NCBI GenBank assembly: GCA_964016885.1
Contig: OZ024747.1
Coordinates: 62,310,001 to 62,374,000 of the forward strand
From: Eledone cirrhosa
Lineage: Eukaryota
Direction of reading: 5' to 3'
Length of the DNA stretch: 64,000 nucleotides
How positions within the stretch are numbered: the first letter of the stretch is position 1; each line of letters begins with the position of its first letter. Positions 42,059-57,557 of this stretch are shown here, in pieces. The notes below the pieces were generated by a model that did not search any database, was not told the DNA's origin, and saw only the letters and a list, made by a program, of their open reading frames with translations. The position numbers and the translations under genes were made by a program.

Positions 42059-42268
42059 CGTTTCAGGAAGGGTATCTAACTAAAAGAAATTGTCTAAATA
42101 AATCACATGATAAATATTATCAAACCTGCCATGAAGTCCACAAGGCTAAGCCCTTCATTAACAGGGGGAAATGTTCTTAAAACCCCTTGTTGTTGTTGTT
42201 TCGATGTTCAACAGTGATCAGTTCAATTCGTACCATTAGTATCACCAGAAGATCTATGGAGCCGTATT

Positions 42269-42466
42269 CAGACCTGCCGATATCTAAAAAACCCAAACGG
42301 GGAGCACCATGAAAAAATGTGTCTAAAAAACGGGGAGATATAAGGCAAAATGGGGAGATTTTTACATAATGAAAGCTATACCCATTTTCACAAGACAAGA
42401 TATTTCTCACCTACCCCAAATTGGGTGAGAGATCTCCCCGTCGTACGGGGATAGTTGACAGGTCTG
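42269..42466. mobile_element. Non-autonomous DNA transposon (hAT-like TIR)
   Basis: Termini CAGACCTGCCGATATC and GATAGTTGACAGGTCTG, subterminal GGGGAG repeats; no clear TSD. Confidence 0.55.
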
Positions 42467-42757
42467 TATATTATTCTAGTCTATATAGATCGAAGACCAT
42501 CAATAATAGGTGTACTGTGAACAGGAACAGCCATCCTTTGAGTGGATTATTATTAGTGGGCTGGTACAAAAGAACAGACACTTGTCTATAGCCTTCGTAT
42601 ATATGCAACAGTTCAATATAACAAGCAAGACACACCCGAGGACACCCCCTTTGCTTGAAATATTAATAAAGTCTTTTCTGTGCACCGTTTCATGATGTCT
42701 CATAATCTATTAATGTTTACTACCTACTAAGTCTAGCAAATTACTATATATATATAT

Positions 42758-43076
42758 ATTTAAAAGAATAGAGGTGTAACACACAAGTTATGATATATTG
42801 GTAAATGGAAAAGAAAATGCTGACAAATTGTTCAGTTAAAATTAGTTTAATTAGGAATAAGTGAGAATTAGTAATAGTATTGGTTAGTATTCAGATCAGA
42901 GCAAACATCACGGACGCTCTATCTCAAAATTATTTTTGAAAAGCATTAGAAATGCGCAACTGGTAAAACTTAAAACCAAAACTGAATACTAACCAATACT
43001 ATTACTAATTCTCACTTATTCCTAATTAAACTATTTTTCACTGTGAACAATTTGTCAGCATTTTCTTTTCCATTTA

Positions 43077-43083
<7 letters not shown>
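42758..43083. repeat. About 95-bp inverted repeat element between TA runs (arms 42795-42890 and 42984-43083)
   Basis: tattggtaaatggaaaagaaaatgctgacaa...ttgtcagcattttcttttccatttaccaata; same architecture as the PLE-like fold-backs. Confidence 0.75.
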
Positions 43084-43138
<55 letters not shown>

Positions 43139-43259
43139 TATAAATATATATACATACATAGATACATATGTATAACATGCATGTATACATATATAGGTGT
43201 ATACATGTATATATATATACATACATATACATGTATACATACATAGATGCATATGTATA

Positions 43260-43307
<48 letters not shown>

Positions 43308-43310
43308 ATA

Positions 43311-43391
43311 TTGAGTCGTCAAGTATGAAATTTGTAGAAAAGAAACAGTTGACCATGTGCCTCACTACAAATTTCATATTTGATGACCCAA
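43311..43391. mobile_element. About 80-bp mariner-type MITE
   Basis: Same TIRs as 20096-20178, TA flanks. Confidence 0.78.
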
Positions 43392-43411
43392 TATATATAT
43401 ATATATATGCG

Positions 43412-43453
<42 letters not shown>

Positions 43454-43695
43454 TATTTGACTTGGCTTACTACACATTTCTGTATATAAAATATCTACAT
43501 GGTACATACATGTACATTCGGCCTACAGCTATATATAATTGCTTTCATGTTATAAGCACACATACACAAGAAAGCACATACGCAGACACACACGCATACG
43601 CACACACATTCATACAGACACATGCACACACACACGCACACACTCACACACAAAAACACATACGCAGACACACACGCACACTCGACACATGCAGA

Positions 43696-43773
<78 letters not shown>

Positions 43774-44103
43774 GACACGCACACACAACGCATGCGCAGA
43801 CACATATGCACATAGATATTTGCACAAGACTCCCAAAACACGTACTTATATGCAAGCATACAAACATAAACACAACAATTCACACACACACACATGCACA
43901 CGACACATGCACTGACACACACTTATACACAACACATGCACAGACACATACGCATACACACACACACATATATATATATTTGCGCAAGACTCCAAAAACA
44001 CTTACATGCAAGCACAGACACATACACACACACAGGCATACACACGTCACATACACTGACACGCACACACTCATACACAATACATGCACAGACACATACG
44101 CAT

Positions 44104-44193
<90 letters not shown>

Positions 44194-45058
44194 TTGCGCA
44201 AGACTCCCACAAACACATAAACGCACACGACACATACACAAACACTCATATATATATATTTGGGCAAGACTTCAAAAACACGTACTTACATGCAAGCACA
44301 CACACAAACCCAAACATAAATTCACACACACGCAAACACACAAAGACACACTTACACGTACAGATACATACACACACTCTACTTTTAGTTATTGATTTAT
44401 TGTGGTTGTAGTATCGTCTTCGTCTTTGTTCTAGATTTGATAGCATCAATAATATTTTAGAAATTCTCCCTCAAGTGTTTAACTGATAAAATAAGACATT
44501 TCAGTTGGCAGAAAATTTAACATTTTCAGATCTGAATACAAAGCCCAGTAAGTCTATATTTATATTTAGAAATATCGCCTGATATTATATATATATAGCC
44601 ATTGTTTTGAACCATGACACATTTATTTATCGAAATAATTTAATTCGCATTACTAAAATATCAGTAAGGATTTCTCTTGGCCCTAGGACCACCTCCCTAC
44701 TCACCACCATCGGCACGGTGTTAGCTACCCACAGGTGTGACCCTCGCGAGCTGGAATGGCTCTTCCAGTGAGTTTCCCTCACCATTCACCCGGGGAAATG
44801 TCTTCTCTATTCTGTTCACCGGGACCAAGGGGCGGCAAGCGCGTGGGGTCTCCCATTTGTATATAATAGGGAGAAATGGGGAGAGCAGGAGAGACGGAGG
44901 CAGTGAGTGAAAGAGAGAGAACATCAACGCACATACGCACTTATTTTTCAGTAGGAATGGATTACCTTTTAAAGACCAATATATATATATAATGGCGGTG
45001 CCCCAGCATGACCTCAGCCGGATGGCTGGAAAAGGTAAATGAGTAAAAGAGTATATAT

Positions 45059-45100
<42 letters not shown>

Positions 45101-45104
<4 letters not shown>

Positions 45105-45270
45105 GGCTTCTACAGGACTAGAACTGTTTCATTCGAAGGAAATTATCATTCCTTCGAATGAAATAGTTCTAGTCCTGTAGAAGCCATTTCTATATTAAAC
45201 ATTGCTCTACTATGTATTGAGTACCTTACTTACTGTGGTTACCCCCGATTGAACCCGGGATACACATCTA
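45101..45270 (+). mobile_element. Fold-back element family B
   Basis: About 41-bp arms with one mismatch, then the shared tail; TA flanks. Confidence 0.7.
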
Positions 45271-45546
45271 TATTATATATATATACCTAATTCTAGATTC
45301 ATCCTTAAATAACTTGGCCTTACTACCTAACCATTGTCGTTCCGTTGTTGGCCGAAGCCTTAGCAGTCTACTTTTCTATCTTGGCTAATTGTAGGTCGGA
45401 CAGAATGTAAAACAGTCACAATAGATACAGCAAAGCATCTCGTACGACTAATCTACACTTGAATGCTACTTCATTTATCGACCTCAAAATGATGAAACAC
45501 AAAATTGATTTCAGTGGGATTTGAACCCAGAGAGACTGTCTATAAT

Positions 45547-45931
45547 TGTTTCTACTTTTGACACAAAGTCAGGAATTACCCAATACATTACTGGTACTTT
45601 ATTTTATCGACCCCGTAAGGATGAAAGGCAAAGTTAACCTCGACGGGATTTGAACTCAGACCGCAATGGGACGTAACTATGCTAGAAAGCATGGCGTCCA
45701 ACCCTCTACCGATACTGCCAATCCACCGCCCTTTGTCTATAATTGTCTCTAGTTTTGGCACAAGGCCAGAAATTACCCAATACATTACTGGTATTATATT
45801 TTATCGACCCCGTAAGGATGAAAGGCAAAGTTAACCTCGGCGGGCTTTGAACTCAGATCATAAAGGGACGTAACTCTATGCTTCAAAGCATGGTGTCCGA
45901 CTCTCTACCGATGCTGACAATCCACCGCCCT
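45547..45931 (-). mobile_element. Two tandem SINE family-1 copies with a triplicated TSD
   Basis: TGTCTATAAT at 45537, 45734 and 45933. Confidence 0.88.
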
Positions 45932-46043
45932 TTGTCTATAATGTCATAATTGTAGCATTTGTGAATGTTCTGCCCATGAACTGGGAATCGAACTCCGTCA
46001 AAAGTGCGAACTGTCACTTCTCCTGTCCATTATTTACATGACC

Positions 46044-46232
46044 AAGGGCGGTGGATTGGCAGTATCGGTAGAGGGTCGGACAACATGCTTTGCTGCATAG
46101 AGTTACGTCCCTTTACGGTCTGAGTTGAAATACCGCCGAGGTTAACTTTGCCTTTCATCCTTACGGGGCTGATAAAATAAAGTACCAGTAATGCACTGGG
46201 TAATTGCTGGCCTTGTGCCAAAAGTAGAAACA
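46044..46232 (+). mobile_element. SINE family 1 with TSD
   Basis: ATTATTTACAT occurs on both sides. Confidence 0.88.
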
Positions 46233-46347
46233 ATTATTTACATAAACAGAATTGACATGCGCAGCCGGGTTGGAAGTGGTATCATGACTGGCGGATGTAA
46301 AATCAGTGACAATGATGGTGCGTGTGCGTGTGCGCGCGTGCGTGCGC

Positions 46348-46382
<35 letters not shown>

Positions 46383-46842
46383 TGTGTGTGTGTGTGTGTG
46401 TATGTGTGTGTGTATGTGTGTGTGTGTGTGTATGTGTGTGTGTATGTGTGTGTTGTGTGTGTATGTGTGTGTGTATGTGTGTGTTGTGTGTATGTGTGTG
46501 TATGTGTGTATGTGTGTGTACGTATGTGTGCGTGCGTGTACGTGTATGAATTTGAATTTAGAATTTCATGGTATTGATTTAAAGTTTGTCACAAAGAATT
46601 GAATATTAGTAAAATATCGGCGTATCGAGTAGATTGGAATTGTTAGAAAATGTAGAAATCTCAAACACAGAAAATAACTGATAACTGTAAAGACAGTTGA
46701 TTGCTGTAGATGATAGTTCAGGTAAAATGTCATTAGAGATGGAAAAGAATTTGCCAGAAACCTCGACGAAGAATTGAACTCCGCACCGCTGGAATATTTT
46801 TTCTAAGAATTAAATGTTAGTGCTGGTTGTGGTGTTGACATC

Positions 46843-47153
46843 ATGGCGATGATGATAATGATGATGATGACGATGACGATGATGGCGGTGACGATGACGA
46901 TGATGATGGCGATGACGATGATGATGATGGTGACGATGACGATGATGATGGTGGTGACGATGGTGATGGTGGTGGTAGTGATGATGATGGTGGTGGTGGT
47001 GACGATGGTGATGGTGGTGGTGGTGATGATGATGACGATGACGATGATGATGATGTTGATGATGTTGATGATGATGATGATGGTGGTAGTTACTGTGATG
47101 GTAAGGATGATGATGGTGATGGTGGTGATGGTGGTGATGATGACGACGACGAC

Positions 47154-47202
<49 letters not shown>

Positions 47203-47418
47203 GTGGTAGTTACTGTGATGGTAAGGATGATGATGGTGGTGGTGGTGATGGTGGTGATGATGACGATGATGTTGATGATGTTGATGATGTTGATGATGAT
47301 GATGATGGTGGAGGTAGTTGCTGTGATGATGATGATGGTGGTGGTGATGATGATGATAATATTGGTGGAGGTAGTTACTGTGATGGTAAGGATGATGGTG
47401 GTGGTGGTGTTTATGATG
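46843..47418. repeat. (GAT/GGT/GAC)n trinucleotide array
   Basis: Direct reading; gtagttactgtgatggtaag recurs. Confidence 0.92.
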
Positions 47419-47539
47419 GCAGTGGGGAGAGAGGGCGGTGGAAATGACAGGTATGGCAACAGGGTGGTCCCATGGTGGGATATATTGGAAATATTTCAAA
47501 ACTTGGCACTATTTCTTATGTAATAAATCTTTATTAATA

Positions 47540-48262
47540 CACAAACACATATACACGCATGCACACTCACACAAACATGCACACTGACACACACCTCATA
47601 CACACACACTCACGCACACACACACATACGAACATGCATACATATGTACGTACATACACATACATATGTACCTAAATACACATACACATATATACACACA
47701 CTCTCACACACACACAAACATGCATACATATGTAAATACATACACATACATATGTACCTAAACACACATCACATACATACACACACCTCACACACACACT
47801 CACACGCACACACAAACATGCATACATATGTACATACATACACATACCTATGTACCTAGATATATATACACACACACATCTTCACACATACACAAACACG
47901 CATACACACACACACACACACACCTATGTACCTATACATCCACACACCATTACACACACACACACCTGTGTACCTATACATACACACACCATTACACACA
48001 CACACACACACCTATGTACCTATACATACACACACACACACACCATCACATACACACACACTCCTATGTACCTATACAGACACACCATCACATACACACA
48101 CACTCCTATGTACCTATACATACACACCATCACATACACACACACACCTATGTACCTATACATACACACCATCACATACACACACACTCCTATGTACCTA
48201 TACATACACACCATCACATACACACACACACCTATGTACCTATACATACACACACCATCACA
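47540..48262. repeat. CA-rich tract resolving into a 42-bp unit (CCTATGTACCTATACATACACACCATCACATACACACACACT)
   Basis: Direct reading. Confidence 0.85.
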
Positions 48263-48389
48263 AACTTATGATGGAGGATGTTTGCTAGAATTAATCAAAG
48301 TCAGAAATGTTAATGAGAAATGACAGATATCGATACCTGAACCAATCAATAGATTATATATAGTGACATCGTCAACAGTTCACTGTTTC

Positions 48390-49221
48390 ACACAGTATTA
48401 CACTGTACTACACTGTACTACACTGTAACTACACTGTACTACACTATACTACACTGTACTAAACTACACTACACCGTACTACACTACTACACTATACTAT
48501 CCTGTACTACATTGTACTACACTACATATATACTATACTACACTGTATTACACTATACTATACTGTACTACATTACACTAAACTACACTGTATTACACTA
48601 CACTACACTGTACTACACTACACTATACCACACTACACTACACTGTACTATACTACACTGCACTGTACTACACTACACTACACTACACTGTACTATACTA
48701 CACTACACTGTAGTACACTACACCACACTACAATGTACTACATTACACCACATTACACTACACTACATGATACTATACTACACCACATTATACTACACTG
48801 TACTACACTACATTTCACTACACTACACTACACTACACTACACTACACTGTACTACACTACATTTAACTACACCACACTACAATGTACTACACTACACCA
48901 TACTACACTACACCACATTACACTACACTACACCATACTATACTACACTAGACTACACCACACTATACTACTCTACACTGTACTACACTACACCACATTA
49001 CACTACGCTATACTACACTATACTACACTACACCACATTACACTACACCACACCACATTACACTACACCACATTACACTACACTACACTACACTACACTG
49101 CACTACACCACATTACACTACACCACACTGCACTGCACTACACCACATTACACTACATTACACTACACCACACTACACTACATTACACTACACCACACTA
49201 CACTGCTCTACACCACACTGT
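48390..49221. repeat. (TACAC)n-type pentamer microsatellite
   Basis: Direct reading. Confidence 0.92.
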
Positions 49222-50221
49222 ATTTTTCTAACTGGCTGAGTATTCCATAGACACATGAATCCTTAATATAATTCTCAGGTAGAATCAGTGTGAGACAGGG
49301 TTCGACAAAGGCTTGACCTTTCAATTCAAGGCACAGTCTATATTGCAAAGGATGGCGTCCCATTTCTTTTGTGAGGAGTGGACATCTAAGGAGGGGAGAG
49401 GGGGATGGACGTTGACAGGTCGGCGGCCGAGCTGGTTCCACGTCGCGTAGGCTGCCTCACGCTCTTTGATCACAGAAGGTTCAATTGTGTTGTAGGGAAC
49501 TGTATTGTAAAGACAAAATATACTGCACTGTTTGTCACGTCTATCTGTGCTCTGAGTTCAGAATTGTTACAGCATCGGACACATATTTTGTGCTCTTTGT
49601 TTTGGCTCTTTACATTCCGAGTTCAAATCCCACTGAGGTAAACTTTGTCTTTCACACATCCGGGTTCTTTCGAATATAGTATCAATCAAGTATTAGGATC
49701 GATCTGATCAAAAATTGCTGGGTTTGTGCCTAAATTAGAAACCATTCAAACCACCCCACTACCACCACCACCACCACCACCACCACCACCACCACCACCA
49801 CCATTTCTTTTTCAACGGCCTAGATTCCTTCTTCTTCTTCTTGTTCTTCTCCTCCTCCACTTCCTCTTCCTTCTTAATTTATATTTAACAACTTAAATGA
49901 AAACCACTTCTTACTCTCCTCTCTCTCTATATATATCTGCCCCCCCCCCAATCCTTCTGTGACACACACTCATCAATTACCTATAAAAGCAATCACATTA
50001 TTGATCTATATAAATCATTGATAGGCCACCGATTTATCTTGATTTTATTTATGACAATCAAGAAACTTCGTCAAAACAATCGACTTAAACTTCACACAAG
50101 AAATTAACTACTCAACGTTTGACCTCCATATTTACCTTTCATTCTTTCTTTCTTTCTTTCTTTCTTTGCAAACTTTACGCTGTCTCACCAAGACACCTTT
50201 CCTTTCCCCCTTCAACTCACA

Positions 50222-50742
<521 letters not shown>

Positions 50743-50758
50743 TCTCTATATATATATC

Positions 50759-51415
50759 GAGGAAACCGTTGCGCACGCATTCGAACACTATCCGGACGTT
50801 ACCGACCTGTGGAGCTACGCAGAACAGCTACTGTCGCGGGTGGGACAAATCCCGTTGACCACCGAGTCCATTATTACGATCAAACCGCCACCCTCCTTCA
50901 AAAACGAAGGAGAGGCGGTTTTCCTCTGTGTAATGGCTATGGTGAAAGAGGTTATATGGTGGACGAGGCTGAAAAGGCTGAGGTCAGACACCTTTCTCTC
51001 CGGCGAACAACTGGTTCGCTTCTTCAAATATCACTTTAGAAGAAGAATCAGAGTGGAGAGGGAGGTGCTGCATGCACCCCAGCAAATTTTACGAAAGTTG
51101 GGTGAATGTGGCAAGAATGGCCCGACTGATTGGGCCTTCTCTCTATATAAACCTGTAGGTTGAGGAAAAAGAGGAAGAGAGGAAAGGAGCGCTCGCTCTT
51201 CGTGCTCCTGGAGATGAGGGTTGTACATTTTATCCGGGTGTGTACAACCCATGTGTAACGTCTCACCCCTATTGGGGAGTTCAATTGTTATTTGTTATTT
51301 ATTTATTAGTTCTATTTTTATACGCTTGTATGTAAACTCCCCACTTTGTATTTGTATTTGTCCCCTTCTTTTGTGCCCTTGTGGCAAATAAAGAAATCTA
51401 TCTATCTATCTATCC
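50759..51415 (+). mobile_element. 5'-truncated L1/Tx1-clade LINE
   Basis: EETVAHAFEHYPDVTDLWSY...MVKEVIWWTRLK matches the post-CCHC ET-x-x-H...LW...K-x-x-IW-x-x-R region. Frameshift near 51070. The 3' UTR ends AATAAAGAAA then (TCTA)n. Confidence 0.8.
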
Positions 51416-51417
51416 TT

Positions 51418-51677
51418 GGACAGGAACCGTTAAGGTAGTTTTCTTGGTTATGTCAACATTTATGAAACAAACTTTGTATTTTATCTGATGAAAGCGTACC
51501 AAAGTTTTGGTACCCTTGAAATATATATAATAGAATAAATATGGTTTTATAAATATAGTTTCCATTTATTTAATATCATTGAATATTATACTCCAGAAAA
51601 ATTGTCGAGTGCTCTAAATCAGTTATAAACATTTATATTTGTTGAATTACCAACAAATTGAATATCCCTTTTGCTTA
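51418..51677 (+). mobile_element. PLE-like family C pseudo-LTR
   Basis: Homologous to 27870-28284; ends in (TA)n. Confidence 0.7.
51477..51537 (+). ncRNA. Minimal type-I hammerhead ribozyme
   Basis: tattttat CTGATGA aagcgtacca-aagttt-tggtaccctt GAAA tatata TA atagaata; compensatory stem II changes relative to 28177. Confidence 0.82.
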
Positions 51678-51884
51678 TATATATATATGTATATATATAT
51701 GTATGTATATATATACATACATATACAGCCGTCGGTGTTTTTGCATAGCTACGGCTTTCTAAATGTCTATTTATAAACATACCGTATTTCTTTAGAACTA
51801 CGAAATTCCAATACATATCTGTACACAGCTATACTCGAAGCTAAATCCTAATTCTCTCTCTATATATATCTATAAATACATATG

Positions 51885-52043
51885 TTTCCGTTGGTCTTTC
51901 CAATTTCTAATACTATCTATCGGGCGCAACTCCAGGTAGAAGGAGCAGCGTGAAATAAAGTGTCTTGCTCAAGGACATAACGCATCGTCCGGTCCAGGAA
52001 TTAAACTGACAATCTCACGATTGCGAATCCAGTTCGCTAACCA
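51885..52043 (-). mobile_element. SINE family 2
   Basis: Homologous to 865-1073. Confidence 0.75.
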
Positions 52044-52560
52044 ACCAATCAGCCACACGCCTTCATATATATATAAACATACGTATTTCCATAGAAAAAA
52101 GTATGTTTACTTTTATTTCTGTACCATACCTTGATTTGAGCATTTTAAGACCCATAAAAATATTTTAAATATCCTCTAAACTGCTTTACAAACACACACA
52201 CACACCACACACCACACACACACACACACACAGATATATATATATATATAGACATATTTAGGTATAGACGTTTGGCAAGTGAAATGTTTACTAAATGAGG
52301 TTTACGCTAATAAAGTCTGAACTCTGACCTCTAGTCTCAGGTTTATTGTAGCTATAACAGTCAATAAATACAGCAATCGAACTGTAAAATACCATTTTAT
52401 AACGCTACCTCTCTTCTTCCCATCTCCACCTTTCTCTTTCTCAAACCTTTATTCCTTCAATTTTTCATTTTTTTCCTTTCTCTTGTATTTCTTCCACTAC
52501 TATTACTACTACTACTACCACCACTATTACTACTGCTACTACCACTACCACCATCACTGT

Positions 52561-52606
<46 letters not shown>

Positions 52607-52696
52607 GCTGCTGTTACAAACACACACACCACCACCACCACGTGCATATATGTCAAATGTCAAGGAGGAAAAACAATACAGAGGAACGATAGAGTA

Positions 52697-52733
<37 letters not shown>

Positions 52734-53079
52734 TGAGGCAGTTTGGAGTGGCGCCAGTTTGTAATTTTTAACTCGAGAATTTTATGTTCTCCGAGAGAGA
52801 AATGCCTTCTGACGATAATCTCTTTCTCAATAGAAATCCGCCTGGATTATCTATTCGTTTGGGATTTGAAACCGCGGTAAGGGTACACATAGTAAGTACA
52901 GTGAATTTTTTGGAATTTATTTTAAAATGTTTTCGGTATTTGCATTCCGGGGTCGATAGAATAAAGTACCAGTAATGCATTGGGTATTTGCTGGCCTTGT
53001 GCCAAAAGTAGAAACAATTATATATCTATATATCTATATATCTATATATATATATATACACATTCATACGTATATGTAT

Positions 53080-53330
53080 GTAAAAGGTAAACAGAAATAA
53101 AAACACAATCAGTACAGTATATGGAAGGGATATATTAGGTTAACGCTTGAAATAGCAGGAAGAGGGTCTAACGTTTCGGACGCTAGTCCTTCATCAGAAG
53201 AAAGAATGAGAAATAAAATAGATTGAAGAGACGGGCGGGGTGGAATTAGAAAACATGTCTTTAGATAAAAATAACAGGTCCATTCAGGTTTACATCTCTT
53301 GCAAAACTGTTGATGCTGGCGTTTTGTGTA
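53080..53330 (-). mobile_element. PLE-like family D with hammerhead core at 53166-53201
   Basis: Minus: CTGATGA a ggac-tagc-gtcc GAAA CG TT aga. ACGT palindrome, weak stem I. Confidence 0.65.
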
Positions 53331-53334
53331 TATA

Positions 53335-53523
53335 TAGTGTGTTCGCTTTTTACGCAAAGATGCGTTCGTGAACGCAGCACATTTTCGATAAATTAAAAAA
53401 AAACAAAAAACCGCACGCGTTATAGTGTCTTATTCGTGCAAAGTGAATATTTAATAATAGTTTTTCAAGAAGCGTTAAAGCGAATTCGCATACTTCAAGT
53501 TCGCGTAAAAAGCGAACAAACTG
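53335..53523. mobile_element. Tigger/pogo-type MITE
   Basis: TIRs (C/T)AGT(G/T)TGTTCGCTTTTTACGC, TA flanks. Confidence 0.75.
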
Positions 53524-53604
53524 TATATATATATATAACTAACAAATAGTTATCGCTCTTCATGGCTGAATACAATTCAGCAGATTCATTGAGTGAGCTA
53601 GACT

Positions 53605-54056
53605 ATATGGCCAGCCGCATGAACCTGTAACATAACCTGAACAAGCAATGCCTGTGCTTTGAAGGTTTTTAAGTGGGGAAAGGCCTTGCACTCGACGAAT
53701 CCCACTCTCTGAGCATCGAAAACACTACCCGAAAAGGAGACCTGGTCAACATCATCGGATGCTTCCGAAGCCACAGGCTGTTTTTCAGAGGTTTTCTCTC
53801 CTAGAAACGTATTCTAACAACTGGGGACCTTTCACTCCCAGGTAAAAAAAACAAAAAAACTATTTGGGTGGCCGTTGACTCTGCTGAGTTCCTCCGCCTT
53901 TTGCCGTGTCTTGTATTTCATCCCGCAGGGTGTCCAAATATCACCCTCCTCACCAAGCAAGTTTGGTAGGGTTGCTGGCTTAGTCGCCGACGACCCGATC
54001 ATGAGACAGGTTGTACTGGGTAACATGTTACCTGTAGCACTCGAAAGCGACCTGAC
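53605..54056 (-). mobile_element. RTE-type LINE 5' UTR remnant
   Basis: Joins the CAGGTCG family to a paralog of the 5' half of 40428 (ctaggaga.gaaaac.tctga...gatgatgttgac...gcacaggcattgctt). A partial duplicate lies at 54160-54210. Confidence 0.6.
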
Positions 54057-54214
54057 ATACATGCATACATACTGATGGCTGCAAACTCTGCTAAGAGTAC
54101 TGCATAAGAGTACTGCAATCATTTGACAGATTATAGAGTTTTGTGCACTTTTAGGCTACGGCCAGCCACACGAACCTGAACAAGCAATGCCTGTGCTTTG
54201 AAGGTTTTTTTTAC

Positions 54215-54580
54215 AGACAGATAGATATGTTTCTTTATTAGCCACAGGGGCACAAAAGAAGGGGACAAATACAAAGGGGGAAGTTTACATACAATAAAAA
54301 CGTGTAAAATACTATCACAAATGCAATTTAAAAATTAATCGATTTTCCCCAATAGGGGGAGACATTTCATATGGGTAACACATACCCCCGAAAAAATGTG
54401 CAACCCTCATCTCCAGGAGTACGAAGAGTTTTTACCCCTTTCCTCTTTTCCTCTTTTTCCTCAACCTACAGGCTGATATAGAGCGAAGGCCCATTCACGC
54501 CACTTTCATCCACCTTTCATAAAACTTGCTGGGGTACAGCACCTCTCTCTCCATCCTGATTCTTCTTCCAAAGTGGTATA
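54215..54580 (-). mobile_element. 5'-truncated L1/Tx1-clade LINE, second copy
   Basis: Homologous to 51030-51400; (GATA)n on both sides. Confidence 0.78.
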
Positions 54581-55295
54581 GATAGATAGATTTATATATT
54601 ACTATTTACGTATAGTTGTTTTTTACAAAGAGTATGTTTTCAAAGTTATATACTTATTCCAAACTTACTATTGGGAAATTAGTTTCCAATATAGAATAAA
54701 CGAAATATATCTCATAGGCAATTTTGGTAATTTTCTATATTTTTCTGTGAATTTCTTGAATCTTATTCAAATTAATTTTCCACATTTAAATATATCTATA
54801 TCAATTACAATATATTTTTTAGTTTTTCTTTTTTTCTACATTTGTTGTTTGTAAATTATGTCTAAGATTTCTTTAAGAATTATTTTAAAGTAAATTACTA
54901 AATGTTTATAGCGTTTAGTTCCCAACTAAAGATATTATCAATATTGAAATTATTCAAAATTGTTTTTGCCAAATCTTCATAGTTACCGTCTTTTATGTAT
55001 GTTCAGATAAACATAAGCCAATATTTCTTATAACAAGCAATGAACTAACTTCAATAATATTGAACCGTATATCTAAATATTATAAATAAAATGTTTTATT
55101 TAGTATATCAAATATAAATTGAAAAGTCATACATATACAGAGAATTTGGAGGAAAATCAAAGTATTACCATTAGATCTATCTATCAATGTATTTATTCTT
55201 TTATCTATTGAATCAAATTTCAATATATTCACATAACCATATACACACACAAACACACATACGTACATACATATGAATATATGTATATATATATA

Positions 55296-56550
<1,255 letters not shown>

Positions 56551-56613
56551 CTGTATAGATGTGTATGTATGTGTCTATGTACACATGCATGTGTATATAT
56601 GTGTATATATATT

Positions 56614-56666
<53 letters not shown>

Positions 56667-57043
56667 GTGTGTGTGTGTGCGTAGATATATGCGTATATTA
56701 ATTCGTTAACCTCTGTATTAACTCTGCAACTATTGAGCTTTGACAGTGGTCCCACTCATGTATACTGTTGAAGATGAAGAGAAAGACTGTAAAAACTAGC
56801 TTATCTTTATAATTTAAAATTGATACACACTACGATACTTTTTGCCTTATGACAGCTGATTTTCACGCCGTAACATTAGATACATTATATACCCCCCACC
56901 TAAGTAATGTCAGGGTCTCCTTAAATAGTTTATTGATAGCTTTGTTGTAATTGTTATTATTGTTCTAATTGAATGCCATAACTACTCCATATAGTAGCCG
57001 TATTTTCTTTTCTTTTCTTGCCTGTGTATTTTCTACATTCTCG

Positions 57044-57156
57044 CATGCTCCGAAGATCTGACTGGTTATAATTCTGTATTGGCGATCGAGTAACGCAAAA
57101 TTAAGCGGATAGCGATCTCTAGACATACCAGCTCAGTGAAACAAATGTAAGCTATG
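57044..57156 (+). ncRNA. Hammerhead with a long stem II insert and a U4C substitution
   Basis: catgct CCGAAGA t ctga-ctggt...accag-c-tcag t GAAA caaatg TA agctatg. Confidence 0.55.
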
Positions 57157-57204
57157 TGATTAAAAACTTTTTTGTATAGCAAACCATGTAAACCTTCTTT
57201 CCTG

Positions 57205-57273
<69 letters not shown>

Positions 57274-57557
57274 ACAACAAACATTATACCCACAAAGAAA
57301 AGAAAATCACTAGAATTAATAATAATTCTTGTTAAAATATGCAAAGAAGATAACTACGAAATTCATATTGATTAGAAACTGAATGGGGGTCATACAGTAA
57401 AGAATGACTACAATGTTGAAATTGAATTTAAGATGTTGAAGCCAACTCAACCGATTATATCCTACACCTACACTTTCCCTAATTATTCCGATTACTTCTC
57501 TATGGTTACTTAATTTTGCCACAACAGTTTCTACTCTAGTAGTTTTTTCCTCTAAAC

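Noticed and set aside
46810-47523. Poly-His / poly-Met ORFs
   Set aside because: Trinucleotide array with no non-repetitive domain or splice evidence.
49420-49460. HDV-like ribozyme (ggcggcc/ggctgcc P1, TCCACGT loop)
   Set aside because: P3 cannot pair, and there is no P1.1 GG or P2 partner.
52805-52852. CTGACGA...GAAATCCG..TGGATT hammerhead candidate
   Set aside because: Stems I and II do not pair convincingly.
53975-54056. HDV-like ribozyme at the RTE-type 5' end (ggtcgct/ggcgact)
   Set aside because: L3 consensus and P1.1 are missing, and the pairing is not conserved in the other copies.
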